From a virus: a stretch of 64,000 bases of DNA. The stretch is from positions 1 to 64,000 of the IMG/VR virus record IMGVR_UViG_3300036790_000231, one strand, 5' to 3'. Within the stretch, counting starts at the first letter, position 1, and every line of letters begins with the position of its first letter. The notes under the pieces were generated by a model. The model saw only the letters and a program-made list of their open reading frames with translations. It ran no database searches and had not been told where the DNA came from. This document shows positions 38,048 through 50,100 of the stretch, piece after piece. The position numbers and the translations under genes were made by a program.

Positions 38048-38210
38048 TTATTTCCTCCCTATAGTTCTTCTACTTTTTCTTTTAATTTTTTAATTTCTTC
38101 ATTCTGAACTCTTTGTGTTCTAATTAAAGAGCTAACTAGATTAGTTAGTTTTTTGTATTCAGATGGAAAATTAGGTTTTACTACGGGTATTTTATGTTCC
38201 GGTTCAGACA

Positions 38211-40763
38211 TCAGTTAGAATAAGTTGTTTGAATTGAATTAATCTTCTCAGTTCCATTATCTTCAATATTAATACTCATTCCATATACCCTTACTGGTTT
38301 TGGATTAGACCAAGTACCTACTTTAAATCTAGGACCTCTTTCTATCGTGGTGTAAACAAAATCTCCTAATTCATAATCTTCAAATGGGCGCGGCACCGAG
38401 GGAATTAGCACGTCCGTATACTCGATGCCCTTCGGTTCAAACGTAACGATAGTAAAGGGTTTTTCCAGTGTGAGTACCTGGATCGCCGCATAGGCTCTCA
38501 GGATCTTGGGTTCTTCTTCTCCAAGTCCATCAACAATAGAAGCCTCTTCCTCAAATAGGCCATTTTTCTGAATACTATCGAGTGATTCAGCTTTTTCTAC
38601 ATCATATTGGCCGATGACCTCAAATCTGTTCCTAGTTTTAAGACCTTCACCGGTTCTTTCCGCGCCAATACAATTACCTGGATATGTAAATCTAATTCCC
38701 GGCCCCCTATCTACTCCAAGGCCAGCGATATTTTCTCTTATTGTATTTCTTACTATATGCAATTTTCTAGTAAGAGGATCTATATAGAAATCAAATCCTG
38801 ATTCAATATTACTTAACTTAGTAAACTGTTCGCCAATATTTTGAAATTGATTTAAGGTAAGAATAATTGAATTAGTAGTTTCAGGAATTTCTCCCATAGT
38901 GACATGCGTAGGAACATCAATATTGGCTCTTTCGATTAAATCAGCGCCAATCAATCCAAGAGGTACACCAGGATAGCTTCCTGATCCAATAGGATATTCT
39001 CCATAAGATATTTCTATCGCCTGTTCCTGACTAAGAGGAGTATATCCGCCAATTCTACCTTCAGCGACTGCTTTTACCACCATTTCTGTCCACTCTGATC
39101 CAGTATGCAACATTCTGGAATTAAAGTTTTGATACCATCCCATCGCTGTTACTTCTAGTTGATCAGTATTAGAATTAGATATCTCTTTTGCAGTATAAAT
39201 TGGTCCTGACCAAATCGCTTTACTATTCCTGTAACATACAATTGAGGTAGAATGTTCTTCTATTAGTGATGCGACAGGATCTAGCAGATGGAGCCAAAAA
39301 TTTGCTGTTCCTGGCTGATTTAGCATTAATTGTAATTTTCTATCATGCGCGCTATTTAATTCAGTAATTTGACTCATATCAGATGTATTTACAAGCCACC
39401 AACGCCAATCAACAGTTGCAGTATGTGTATTAGATAAGGTAGGTACAACAATTACTAAGGGACCGGTCCTTAATATTTTATTTGTTTCAGGAAATAATTT
39501 ACTGCTAGTTAATGATAATATAAATTCTGTTGTAACAAGAAAATCTGGTCTTATAGATAATTTATTATCCTTTAAATCTATTTGAAGTCTACCTTCTACA
39601 GTAAAATTAGTTGGTATGTTAATATGTGAGCGTAATCTATAATTGTTTTCTATTTTGGTTTCAAAAGTAGGATGTACTTGGACATTATTCTTAATATTAG
39701 AAATAAAAGATGTTTTAACCTCAAATTTAGAAAGTATATTGACAACCCTATCTACAAGATTTATAATTAAATTAGCCGACTCTTCAATATTAATTTTTGC
39801 TTTTACAAATGATTTTATTAAATCACTTAGGGCTGATTTAGATTCAAATATAGGATTTATTTTTCCAGAAACTTTTATAGAATTAGAAAATTGTACTTTA
39901 CTTTCGAAAGTAGGTTTAATATTCCCATGAGATTTTATACTTGTAGATAATTCTCCCTTGCTATTGAAAGTAGATATAAATGGAAATAAATTTTTTACTT
40001 TTTCATAGATTCCATAATACGGTTTAAATAATCTTCGTGGAGATCTGTAAGTAGGTGGCCGATTAAATACATATCTAGGCTGTAATTTGGAAAGGGATTG
40101 AGTATTTATTATGAGAGATGATTTCTCTTCATAAATAGATGGAAATTTTATTTGAGACTTAAATGACTCAGATACAGTAACTGAAGAAGAAAAAGTAGGC
40201 TTAATTTCTATAGGACCAATAGCTCCTCCACCAAAGTTATCAGCACGAGAAGTTGTGCCCGTCATTCCTAACCCAATTTTGCCTGATCCTATTACTGATA
40301 TATCAGTCTCTTCACCTACTAGAGATAGTTCAGAAAATGTTTTTCCATGCCATGCTTTTAAATTAGTTCCTTCTATAGTAAAACCAAATACATCACCACT
40401 ACTAAACGATGTAGCGGTAGTAGAGGCTATAACAGAATAAACACCTTTAATTACTTTCGCCAGTCTAAGAGTAGAAGATCCTTCAATTTCAAATAAATAT
40501 AACGATTCAGTCGCCGCCGTATATCTTAGATATAATTCATAATATGTTTTTGTACTAATAATTTTTGTTGTTACAAATGAGGCTTGTTTTTCTGAAAATG
40601 TTTCTTTCCATAGAGCGCCAGATTCTTCACCAGATTCAATAGAAGCACATTCTTCATTGATTATTCTGAGAGCTTTTAGGTTACTAGCGGCTTCCCAATT
40701 AGTACCTAAACCGCCATTAGCGCGATTAAATTCATCAAGAACTGTTGAAACAGGAAAGCTCAT
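38211..40763 (-). CDS. minor tail protein: lectin-like N-domain, ~20-aa repeats, Tal/ReqiPepy6 gp37-like C-domain
   Basis: LDEFNRANG.LG..W; repeated I.PTFESK; LNQPGTANF, YRN...IWSGPI, GFDFYID, YELGD. Confidence 0.75.
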   Translation of the reverse strand: MSFPVSTVLDEFNRANGGLGTNWEAASNLKALRIINEECASIESGEESGALWKETFSEKQASFVTTKIISTKTYYELYLRYTAATESLYLFEIEGSSTLRLAKVIKGVYSVIASTTATSFSSGDVFGFTIEGTNLKAWHGKTFSELSLVGEETDISVIGSGKIGLGMTGTTSRADNFGGGAIGPIEIKPTFSSSVTVSESFKSQIKFPSIYEEKSSLIINTQSLSKLQPRYVFNRPPTYRSPRRLFKPYYGIYEKVKNLFPFISTFNSKGELSTSIKSHGNIKPTFESKVQFSNSIKVSGKINPIFESKSALSDLIKSFVKAKINIEESANLIINLVDRVVNILSKFEVKTSFISNIKNNVQVHPTFETKIENNYRLRSHINIPTNFTVEGRLQIDLKDNKLSIRPDFLVTTEFILSLTSSKLFPETNKILRTGPLVIVVPTLSNTHTATVDWRWWLVNTSDMSQITELNSAHDRKLQLMLNQPGTANFWLHLLDPVASLIEEHSTSIVCYRNSKAIWSGPIYTAKEISNSNTDQLEVTAMGWYQNFNSRMLHTGSEWTEMVVKAVAEGRIGGYTPLSQEQAIEISYGEYPIGSGSYPGVPLGLIGADLIERANIDVPTHVTMGEIPETTNSIILTLNQFQNIGEQFTKLSNIESGFDFYIDPLTRKLHIVRNTIRENIAGLGVDRGPGIRFTYPGNCIGAERTGEGLKTRNRFEVIGQYDVEKAESLDSIQKNGLFEEEASIVDGLGEEEPKILRAYAAIQVLTLEKPFTIVTFEPKGIEYTDVLIPSVPRPFEDYELGDFVYTTIERGPRFKVGTWSNPKPVRVYGMSINIEDNGTEKINSIQTTYSN

Positions 40764-40769
40764 ACCATT

Positions 40770-41351
40770 TTAATTCAAAATCTCTACATACCATTGATAA
40801 ACCGTCAATAAGTTAGAAGCAGATGAAGCTCCCCATTTAGCCCCTATAGTCAAAATTTTTGATTCATCAGTATTTATGGTCGCTTCTCCACCGGTTGAAG
40901 TTGTCTCTGGCATCATTGTCGATCCAACTGAAGTAGTTTCAGCCGAAACAGCCTCAAATCCATCAACAACTCCCTGAGTGATGATCTTTCCAGTTGGGCC
41001 TACTGATATCACACGAGAAGTAGCTTCTAAAGCCCAAGATTGATTGCTAACTCCAGATGAAGTTTTAATAGCTATCGTTTCTGCCAGCGCCACACCAGCT
41101 ACTCCACCATAGTACAGCCCTAAAATGATAGTTGGAGTACCAGTATTAGAATAAGTTCCTCTAGCCGTGTATCTTAAAATAGTTCCAGCTTCAAGAGGAG
41201 GACAATCCCTGCCTATAGTAAAAGCTTGTCCTAAAGTATTTCCTCCAGGAGATACATCGGTTAAAGTGGTAGATTCTTTATAGACGGTTCCAGTATTTTC
41301 CGAACTATATGAAGGAGCGTTAGCTAAAATCTCCCAAGTTTGATTAGCCAT
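40770..41351 (-). CDS. virion accessory protein
   Basis: Thr/Gly-rich beta protein in the tail cluster. Confidence 0.6.
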   Translation of the reverse strand: MANQTWEILANAPSYSSENTGTVYKESTTLTDVSPGGNTLGQAFTIGRDCPPLEAGTILRYTARGTYSNTGTPTIILGLYYGGVAGVALAETIAIKTSSGVSNQSWALEATSRVISVGPTGKIITQGVVDGFEAVSAETTSVGSTMMPETTSTGGEATINTDESKILTIGAKWGASSASNLLTVYQWYVEILN

Positions 41352-41370
41352 TATGTTACCTTTCTTTTAC

Positions 41371-41778
41371 CTATGAAAATATGAATTTCGCGCCTTCAAC
41401 AGGAATATATGGCAAATTATACGTAGTATTAATTATAAATTCACTTAAAACAGTCCAAGCTATTTGTTCACCAGAGGTTTCTGCCGTTGCTAAACCAGAT
41501 CCTTTTATTTTAGATTCTCCAGCAGTACATTCAGGAAATTCTATTTTTGCTTCATTAACCATATATCCGGCTTCAGTTTCAGTACCTTCAACTATTTTCC
41601 ATTTGGATGCTTCAACTTTAACTCGTTTATATCCCGTATATGCAGCCTCGGTTCCAGTAGCAATTCTGGTTGGTTCTGTTGTATATAGAGCAATCCAAGT
41701 AGTAGGCAGAACTGGTTGTTCCTTACCTGAAATCCATTTAAGGCCTTTAGTCTCCCATGCTTTGCTAAGTGATGACAT
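41371..41778 (-). CDS. tail fibre-associated protein
   Basis: IALYTTEP...TE..YTGYKRV...N...IEFP...G motif. Confidence 0.7.
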   Translation of the reverse strand: MSSLSKAWETKGLKWISGKEQPVLPTTWIALYTTEPTRIATGTEAAYTGYKRVKVEASKWKIVEGTETEAGYMVNEAKIEFPECTAGESKIKGSGLATAETSGEQIAWTVLSEFIINTTYNLPYIPVEGAKFIFS

Positions 41779-41806
41779 TCATTTTTCTCCTATATTATTT
41801 TTGTTT

Positions 41807-42556
41807 TTATGAATAACTTGGTGAATCAAATGTTACTATATGCGAAGTATTTGGAACAATTTGTCTAGCTATATTAAAATGATTTTCTATCTCTTTTGAT
41901 GAAAGGGCTCCCGCATATATGGCTACCTCAGATATATATCCTATGAATTCTTTAAGTGATAAAGATTCCAAGCTTGAGGTTCCTATATATACAGGTTCCC
42001 CTCCATCAGAAATTGTATGGCTACCAACATTAATTGATACTATTTCTTTTCCATCTATGAATATAGACATTTTCCCTTCAAATAGTCTACCTACTACATG
42101 ATAAGGAATTCCTTCTAATAATTTTCTACTAACTAAAGTAATTTCTTCAGTTCCATTTCCTACACCAAAATATATATGACCAGAAGATAATCCCAATATA
42201 TATGGATTAGCGAATTTATTATTGGTCTTACCTACAATTATAGAAGAATGATTAGCATTGCCAGATACAATAAATGCCTCTATTGTTATATTGGAAATGA
42301 TACGTAACGGAGCAGCATCAGATATTTCCACATTTTGATCAGTCCCCTTAATTCCGAAACACGCCGATCCAGCCGTAGTATCATAAATAAGTGCTTGATA
42401 TCCCAGTGGGAGAGGAGTGCCATCATAAATACCATTAAGTCCATATTTAGAAGCACGATCATATGCACGTGTTCCATTTTTCTCATTCAATCTCCAATAT
42501 CCAACTATAAAGGGATTGCGGCGTATGGTAGCAAAATACGATGTAGGAATTGTCAT
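41807..42556 (-). CDS. LamG/ConA-like tail protein
   Basis: GYWRLNE, YHVVG, IFIDG, FIGYISEVAIY..ALS..EI..HF. Confidence 0.85.
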   Translation of the reverse strand: MTIPTSYFATIRRNPFIVGYWRLNEKNGTRAYDRASKYGLNGIYDGTPLPLGYQALIYDTTAGSACFGIKGTDQNVEISDAAPLRIISNITIEAFIVSGNANHSSIIVGKTNNKFANPYILGLSSGHIYFGVGNGTEEITLVSRKLLEGIPYHVVGRLFEGKMSIFIDGKEIVSINVGSHTISDGGEPVYIGTSSLESLSLKEFIGYISEVAIYAGALSSKEIENHFNIARQIVPNTSHIVTFDSPSYS

Positions 42557-44127
42557 CCTAAAAATCCATATTCATAATAAACGGCTAGCAAAGATTTTTC
42601 TCCAAATCCTTTTCCAGTTATGTAAATGTCATTCCACATTGGCTCCAAAACTATCCAAGCAGAGCTAGAGGATGAGAAATTTTCCAGCTTATTACTTCCA
42701 TTTGAATTTACTAATGTCTTTCTTTTTCCACATTCAAAGATTAAATAATCATTTTCAGCAACAGGAGCATTGTAGTAAACTTCTAAATTATTAGTTAAAT
42801 TGGATATTAGAATACTTTCAAATGGTCCATATATAACAAATACAGGCTCTACGAAAGTCTTTCCTCTATTGCATATACTAAGAATATTGTTATCTTGAAT
42901 AACAGTAGATCCAATAAATTTTCTATATCCTCTTGGATAACTACGCGGATACGATCTACCAAGCAAAGGCGATTCTGAATTATTTGGAATTAGAAAATTA
43001 CTTAATTGAGCTGTAGAAAATGCGCGAAAATCAGAAGATTTAAGAACCACTTGAAATGGCCTTTTTATCTTATTAATAGTTGTTTGTTCCTCTTTAATTT
43101 GAGGAGGAGTAATACATCTACAATTAAACTCTACATCGCCAGGATAAATAGATTCAATTCTATATTCATCAAAATTCCATAAAACATCTTTTTGGTCCCC
43201 TCCAAATCCAACTTGGGATACTATTTCTTCTCCAAATAAATCTGCATACGATCCTCCTAAATCATAAAATGCCATAATAGAAGGAACATTGTTATCAGAT
43301 GGCTTTTCTTTCCAAAACTCAATAGACAATCTGTTATCTATTTTTTTACCTCTCAAATAAAATAATTCACCTATTTCAGGGCGCAAATTTTCTGGAAGTG
43401 CAATTTTTTCTAATTCTTTTACTTCATTTTCTATTATAATCAATATTGATAAAAACGGCTCCCCTTCATTGTCATTATATAAAACTTTTGCAAAATTTTC
43501 ATCATCCTTAACTGAAAACACATACCCGAATGTGGATTCTGATTTAGACCCTCTGATAATTTTTATCGTTGACTGAACATTACCAAATACACGTTTCTCA
43601 GAAGCTCTAATAAGATAATTTTCACCAGCTTTGCTCCACGATAAAAATCCATTATTAACTTCTAGATTAGAATTAGAACCAATTAATGCTTCATAATTTC
43701 CAGATCCCAAAGAAGCAATAGGGCTATATGGTAAAATAGTTTGTGCTTCATCAAAATTATCATATATATCGAACCATTTAAACTTTAGAGAAGATTCTAC
43801 CAATGGTGCATAAGCAGCAAGAAAATCACCTTTCAGCTGATTATATACTTGCAAACTCCCTGTTTCTATGTTACCAGTAAGGGTAATTACTCTTCCATTA
43901 TAAAAAGCATCATAAACAAATTCATTATGTTGGGCTGGTCGGGGCTCGCGTCCTTCTCTTACTTCAGAGCTATCCAATCCAGTAATACCTGTAACTCTTA
44001 TTAAATCTGATTGATAACGATCGTTGATTATATACCCATTATATTCTATAAATGCTTGAACTCCAAAGGATAATGGAGAATTCCAAGGCTGTTCTAAATG
44101 CCCATATCTAAGATTGGCTACTGTCAT
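42553..44127 (-). CDS. distal tail protein (Dit) with inserted beta domain
   Basis: Follows the TMP; GRVITLTG, SYPRSYPR, N.G.....P...IYGP. Confidence 0.8.
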   Translation of the reverse strand: MTVANLRYGHLEQPWNSPLSFGVQAFIEYNGYIINDRYQSDLIRVTGITGLDSSEVREGREPRPAQHNEFVYDAFYNGRVITLTGNIETGSLQVYNQLKGDFLAAYAPLVESSLKFKWFDIYDNFDEAQTILPYSPIASLGSGNYEALIGSNSNLEVNNGFLSWSKAGENYLIRASEKRVFGNVQSTIKIIRGSKSESTFGYVFSVKDDENFAKVLYNDNEGEPFLSILIIIENEVKELEKIALPENLRPEIGELFYLRGKKIDNRLSIEFWKEKPSDNNVPSIMAFYDLGGSYADLFGEEIVSQVGFGGDQKDVLWNFDEYRIESIYPGDVEFNCRCITPPQIKEEQTTINKIKRPFQVVLKSSDFRAFSTAQLSNFLIPNNSESPLLGRSYPRSYPRGYRKFIGSTVIQDNNILSICNRGKTFVEPVFVIYGPFESILISNLTNNLEVYYNAPVAENDYLIFECGKRKTLVNSNGSNKLENFSSSSSAWIVLEPMWNDIYITGKGFGEKSLLAVYYEYGFLG

Positions 44128-47100
44128 GGCGCTGTAGGACTCTGACCGATTTGATGAGAAAGTTCCTCACTAAACAATTGTGGATCTGCTACCTCGACAG
44201 GATGAGTAAGATTCAAGTTTTCTATCATAGTCGAGGACGAAGCACCTGGAGCGGCTGAACCATATACTGGCATATTTTCTGGTCGCATGCTGGCCGGGAG
44301 AGAAGCTGCATAAGCAGGTAACATACCGCCCATTCCATTGAAGAATGCTCCTCTATATTGTTCCCATGCAGTAGTAGAAAAAGATTGTGGCTGATTTAAA
44401 TGACCATTTAATTCGGCCATTTTCTCAGTATTCTGTTCAGTGGCTAAAGAATTTGTCTCAAGTTGACTGACAAGAGAACGCATAGTTTCTTTTTCTTTTT
44501 CTGTATGAGCAGAAGATTCGAGTCCCTTTATAGTTTGCTGTCCTTCTGAAGAAGCAAACCAAGTAAGAATTTCTTGAGAACTCATTCCGGCCACTTTCCC
44601 TAGGCCGACTCCGCTAGCAGTAGCCTCTAATTGGCTTCTTTCTGTTCCTAAAGCTCCTGCTTCGCCTTCGGTAGCAGACTTCAAGGCTTTGACATTCGTA
44701 ACCCCTGTAATTTTCCCTACAGTTTCAATCCCCTGCGCGAGATTTGAGTAGATACTTTTATTGAATGATCCAGAAGCCTCTATTCCCTTTACCAAAAGTT
44801 CTACTGTTGCAGCAGTATTATTTTGTAAGGCTAATCTATTTTCTTCAAGTTGTTCAGTATTTTTATTTATCTCTTCAATAAAGTGAGCTTCTTCCGATAT
44901 AGCGCCAGAGGAATGAGCTTGCTGCTTAAGTTCCAATAGCTTAATACGTTCAGATTCCAAATCACCTTGTTTCATTATCAAAGCACTTTGTTCATATTCT
45001 CCAGCTTCCTTGTTATTTCCTCTTTCAGCGGCTATCTTTGACTTAGATTGTAGTAAAGAAACTTCAGATTGTTTAGAAGATGATTCTTGTTCCATTTGCG
45101 ACTTAGCAGAAGTAATTTGTTCGACTACAGCATTTGTAACAATTTGTTTCAAGCCAGATATTTCCTCCTTAATCGAAGCAACTCTAGAAGATTCTCCTTC
45201 TCTTTCAGCTTCATGTAGGACATTTTCTAATTGTACAATATATCCAGTCGTCGTAGAAATTATCTGCTGATCCATTTCCTTGACCTTGACAAAATTCCCT
45301 AAAGCTTGAGCAATTCCCTGTTCAGAAGTAATACCACTCTCAGTTTCTTGATAAGCTTGATTAACTTCAGATTGTAGTGCATTTATTCTTTCCATAGCAG
45401 CAGTTGCTATTGTTTGATTCAAACTAGCGATACTCTGTTTAATAGTATTAACCTCTTCCGTATTGCCAATTTTTTCTGCTTCCTTAAGAGGCTTTTGAAG
45501 ATTTTGTATTTGCTTATTAGCAGAAGCAGCTATTTGCTTATTCAAAACTTGAACTTGACCATACTGGCCCTTAGATTGAGCCGTACTCTCTTGAGAAGTT
45601 TGTTCTTGAGATATTACGTTATATGATGATTCTAATTTAGATACTTGATCTTGTATTTGCTGCGTTTGATCGCTATATCTATTTTCTATATTTTCTGACA
45701 TAGCCTTAGATAGATTGTCTTGTTCTTCTATTAATTTATTATAACGAGCCCTTAAATTATTCAAAGCCGCTGTACGCTTAGGACTGCTCTTCTCAGTTTC
45801 TACATGACTAACTTGACTCATAGTCTCATTTTTGAGCTGATTTATCTTGCCCAATTCTTTTTTCATATCCTGAGATTCTTTCTCCATGGTTCTAATATCT
45901 AATCCCTCAGTTCCAGGTTCGCCAATTACTCTTTTAACAATTTTCCCTTTAGAAGAAAACACCTTTTGTATATTAGAAGAAGTCGATAATTCGGTTCTCT
46001 TTTCTCTACCAGTTTTCATCTTTTCTAGGAGCCCATTGGCAGCCCCTATTTCATTAGAAAATTCTTCAATATATTTATCATATTTTCCACTTTCTGAGCT
46101 GAATTTTTTTATTCCTTTAAATGCTTTACTTAATGATTTAAAGAACTTTTGAATATTAGAAAATTCAGCTTGTTCATTAGGATTCATTTCAAGAAGCGTA
46201 GGCATGAATCTGGCTATGCTACTACTTATTGCGTTGCTGCTGCTGGATGCTTGAGCAGAAGACCCAATAACTCGCGGTATGCCACCATCAGCAAAATGTT
46301 GTCTCGGGGAAGAAGAGTTGAATCCCATGTGACTATCTAAACCACTTGGCGATGTTCCAGCCAAACGAGCTGCCTCACTATATTGGGAAGGATTCATAAT
46401 TCTCTCACCCTCATGAGCAATGATTGGAACTGGAGAACCACCCCACGGCGCGCGTCCGCCAGAAGCAAATTCTTTCAATCTTTTTACCGCTCCTCCAGAA
46501 GCCATAAATTTTAGATAATCTCCACTTACAAAAGTTTCCCATGCTCCTAGTCCTTGGGAAGCAAGAATCTTTATAGCTCCAATTGTATTAGCAATAGGAT
46601 TCTTTGCATTCCCTCCAGGAACATCAGCAGCATTCATTGGCATCTCAATTTGATACAAACCCTCTGCGTGTGAACCTTCATCTGAAACAGGGCTTTCAGC
46701 TAATGGATTGCCAGCAGACTCAGCCAATGAAATAGCAGCCATAATTCTTGCCATTCCTCTAGGACCACCCTCTTTATCCCAGAGATTTTCTAATCTACTT
46801 CTATTATAACTTCCACCAGCAGAACTAGATGTTTCTATTCCGGCACCAGAAGATTCACCTAATTTTTCTAAGAATTGATTAGCCGCACCAGTTGCCGTAT
46901 TCAAGGCACCTTGAACAACTTTCCCAATTAATGCTCCACCTTTGACTTTAGGAGCAACAATTTGCTGAAGCAATCCTAATGCTCCCCCACCTTTTCCGGC
47001 AGAAGCTTGTACTGCACTTATAAATGAGGCTGCTCCCTTACCCTTACCAATATCAGTAAGTTGCTGTCCATGATTCTCTAAGGTTTTTGCTGCTGATATC

Positions 47101-50100
47101 CAAGCCTTAGTTCCTTCTACATCAGGCAAGTGAACTGCATTGAATCCTGCTAGATATGAAGCGCTTGGTGAAGATTCAAACCAGCCAGCTCCTCCATTGT
47201 CCTTTTGTCTTGCAAACCCTGAAGTTCCCCAATATCTATCTCCAATCCTCATAAATGTATGATCTCCATTGAAGAAAATAGTTACCAAACCCTCTCCTGA
47301 AGGAAATCCCCATGAGCCTATATCACCCGAAACTGTAGTTGGAACTTTGTATCCACCTTGTTGTGTGACAAAAGAAACACCGCCTGAGCAATCGACACCA
47401 TCTCCCAAGCGAGCGGGTTCTGTATGACCACCCCCATATACATATGGGAGATTCATATTGGAAACTAAGTCAGCAGCAGCAAGAACTCTGGCCATATGCG
47501 TGCCACCGAAACTTGCATGAAATGCCCTTAATGCACTTACAGTTCCACCCTCGGCCATACTCCTAACAGCCGGTGCCCTACTCAGATACTCGTCAAGAAG
47601 AGAAGCTTGACGAGAAGCATGACGAGGATCGGTTGTAAGAGCTATCTCATCGTGACCAGCCTCACCTACTCGATATGAATGTCCACCAGGAGAAGCATTC
47701 ATCCAACCACCAGATGCACGCATATATTCTGGAACTCCTCCACCAGATGCATTATTCGGTTCAGAAAAATTTTCATGTCTATATTGCTGATTTCTTGATC
47801 CTTGAATCTCAGTATTAGAAATTCCATACTTACTCAATGCCTCAGAAACCAATTCCTTTATTTCTTTCATGCCCTTAGCAGTACTAACGGTCCCCTTGCG
47901 CATAGCTTCATCAATAGCTGTCTCCGCACTTCCAAAATTACTTATTAATGCTTCCTTACCTTGCTTAGAGTGAAGTCCTAAATCTTCTGCAATACTTTCT
48001 ATATTAGTTTTAACCCTTTCTTTTACTTGCTTAAAAATAAATTCTGTTGATTCTTTAATTGATTCAAAACTCTTTGATACTTTAGCAGTAACAGGTCCTA
48101 AACTTTCAAAATATTTTTTTGTATTTTCTGAAAATAATTGAGCTGCGCGCGTAGCAGGACTATAAGCTTTAGCAAGTTCTTCTAATTTTTTCTTCCATTG
48201 ATGAAGAGCTGGATTATGAGCTAATTTGGTTGCTTCTAAAGATATTTCTTCTAAAGCACCGTTGGAAAGATTTTGTATTTTACCTTTATTTTCTTGAAGT
48301 AAATTTCCAAACTTTCTTAGACTAGATTCCGAACTATTTTCTTCACCAAAAACATTTTGGGCGAATCCCGCATAATTACCCGTTACCGCATCTCCCAAAG
48401 AACTAAGAGAAAAAGCATGATGAATATCTCTTCCTAATTCATCGCCAAAATTACCTGTTGTAGGAATTCCCTGGGAACTATAAGTTTGACCTAAATTAGC
48501 CGTAGATTTGTCTAATATGTATGCAACTCCTCCTGCTACCACGACAGGAACTAGAACCGCCCCAACTAAATCTGCTGCGCTTATTCCAATGGCTCCTACT
48601 GCTCCCTCGCCGCCAGCAATAAGATCAGACTCAGTAGAAGAACCTGCATCATGCTCTGCTGTGGAAACTGCTCCTGCTCCTCCTGCGCTCTCTGCGCCGC
48701 CAACTACTCTCTCATCATTAAGCGCTTCTTGAGCAACTTTTGTCTCTTCAATAGCTTGTTTGTTTTTGGTTACTGCACTGGTGAGAGCTTCCCATGCCTC
48801 TCTTCCCGTGCCACCCTCAAACATAATTTTCAATGCGCTATATAGACCTTTAACTACGCCAATAGTGCCCATCACGGCTGATTTATATTTCATTACTTTA
48901 GTAATAACAAATATGCCAGCCAAAATGGTTCCAAATCCCTCTAATAAAATCCTTCCCGGTGCTCCAAAAAGATTGAAAAATTTCAATAAAATGTTTGTAA
49001 GTGTGCCAACTATTTTAACTACATTACCTAATCCAGGTATCAAAACTACTTTTAAGAAGGTAGAAAATGCTCCTAAATTGCTAAGATTAAATACCTCAAT
49101 AAACTCCTTACCTAGAGTAAGTAGAACTCCACCAATTAATGACAGACCTTCTCTTGCTTCTCTAAAGAACTTAGTGACCTTTGGCCCATTAGATTCAACC
49201 CATTTAGTCGCCCTTTCGACTGATTCAGAAAAAGTAGTTACAGTCTTTAATCCCTGTGGAGCAGCATCATGGCCAATTGCCAAGAAAAGAGATCCGATTG
49301 ATGATCCTAAGTGAGCAAACCCTTCAGCATATTTTACGGCACCAGTAAAGAATTCTTTAAGATCATTCACTCCTTCTGGAGTAGAATATTTTGTATCAAG
49401 TTTAGCCCAAAAATTATCCCAATCTTCTGACATTTTTTTGAAAGCCGGATCAGCAGCTTTTGCTATATCTTGAAATAAATTCATCAAATGTAAAATAGCT
49501 GAAGTAACTATAGGAAGATTATCTGTAGCATCTTTAGACATTTCCTCAAAGAATGAAGTGCCTTTTTCACCAAAGATCTCATTCTTATATTTTTTCAGGC
49601 TAGATCCCATAGCCTGAGCAAGATTGTCAATCGGTTCTAAGAAAGAGCCTGATCCTAAAAGACTTTCAAGTTTTAAAGCAGCTTCTTCAAATGGTTCAAT
49701 GAAGTAATCAGTTATTTTCTTAAGGGGGCTATCTGGCGACTTGAGCTGTTTCTCCAGGTTGCTTAGGACTTTGACTAAGGCTTTTTCAGGGCCAGACATC
49801 TGGCTAAGCAATTGTTGATACTGAGCTTCTTGACTTGTCTCGGAAGAAGAAGGCTGAGCAGCTTGAAGTAAAGTTATTTGTCTCTCGCGGGCCGCCGCCG
49901 AGTGAGCTTGTTCTGCTTGAGTTACTGCTTGATGAGATGAAACAAGAGATTGACGAGCGCTTACAACACTTCGAGCCCCTTCAACTCCTCTACGCCGAGC
50001 AATATTCGCTTCTCTTTCTGCCCAAGGTACTTCCCAATCTGCCTTCTTTTTAGCTAATTCAGCAGCTTTTACTTGCTCTTCGGCAGTTATAATTCCTGTT

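Noticed and set aside
36304-44127. Diversity-generating retroelement or invertible tail-fibre cassette
   Set aside because: No reverse transcriptase, invertase or template/variable repeat pair seen.
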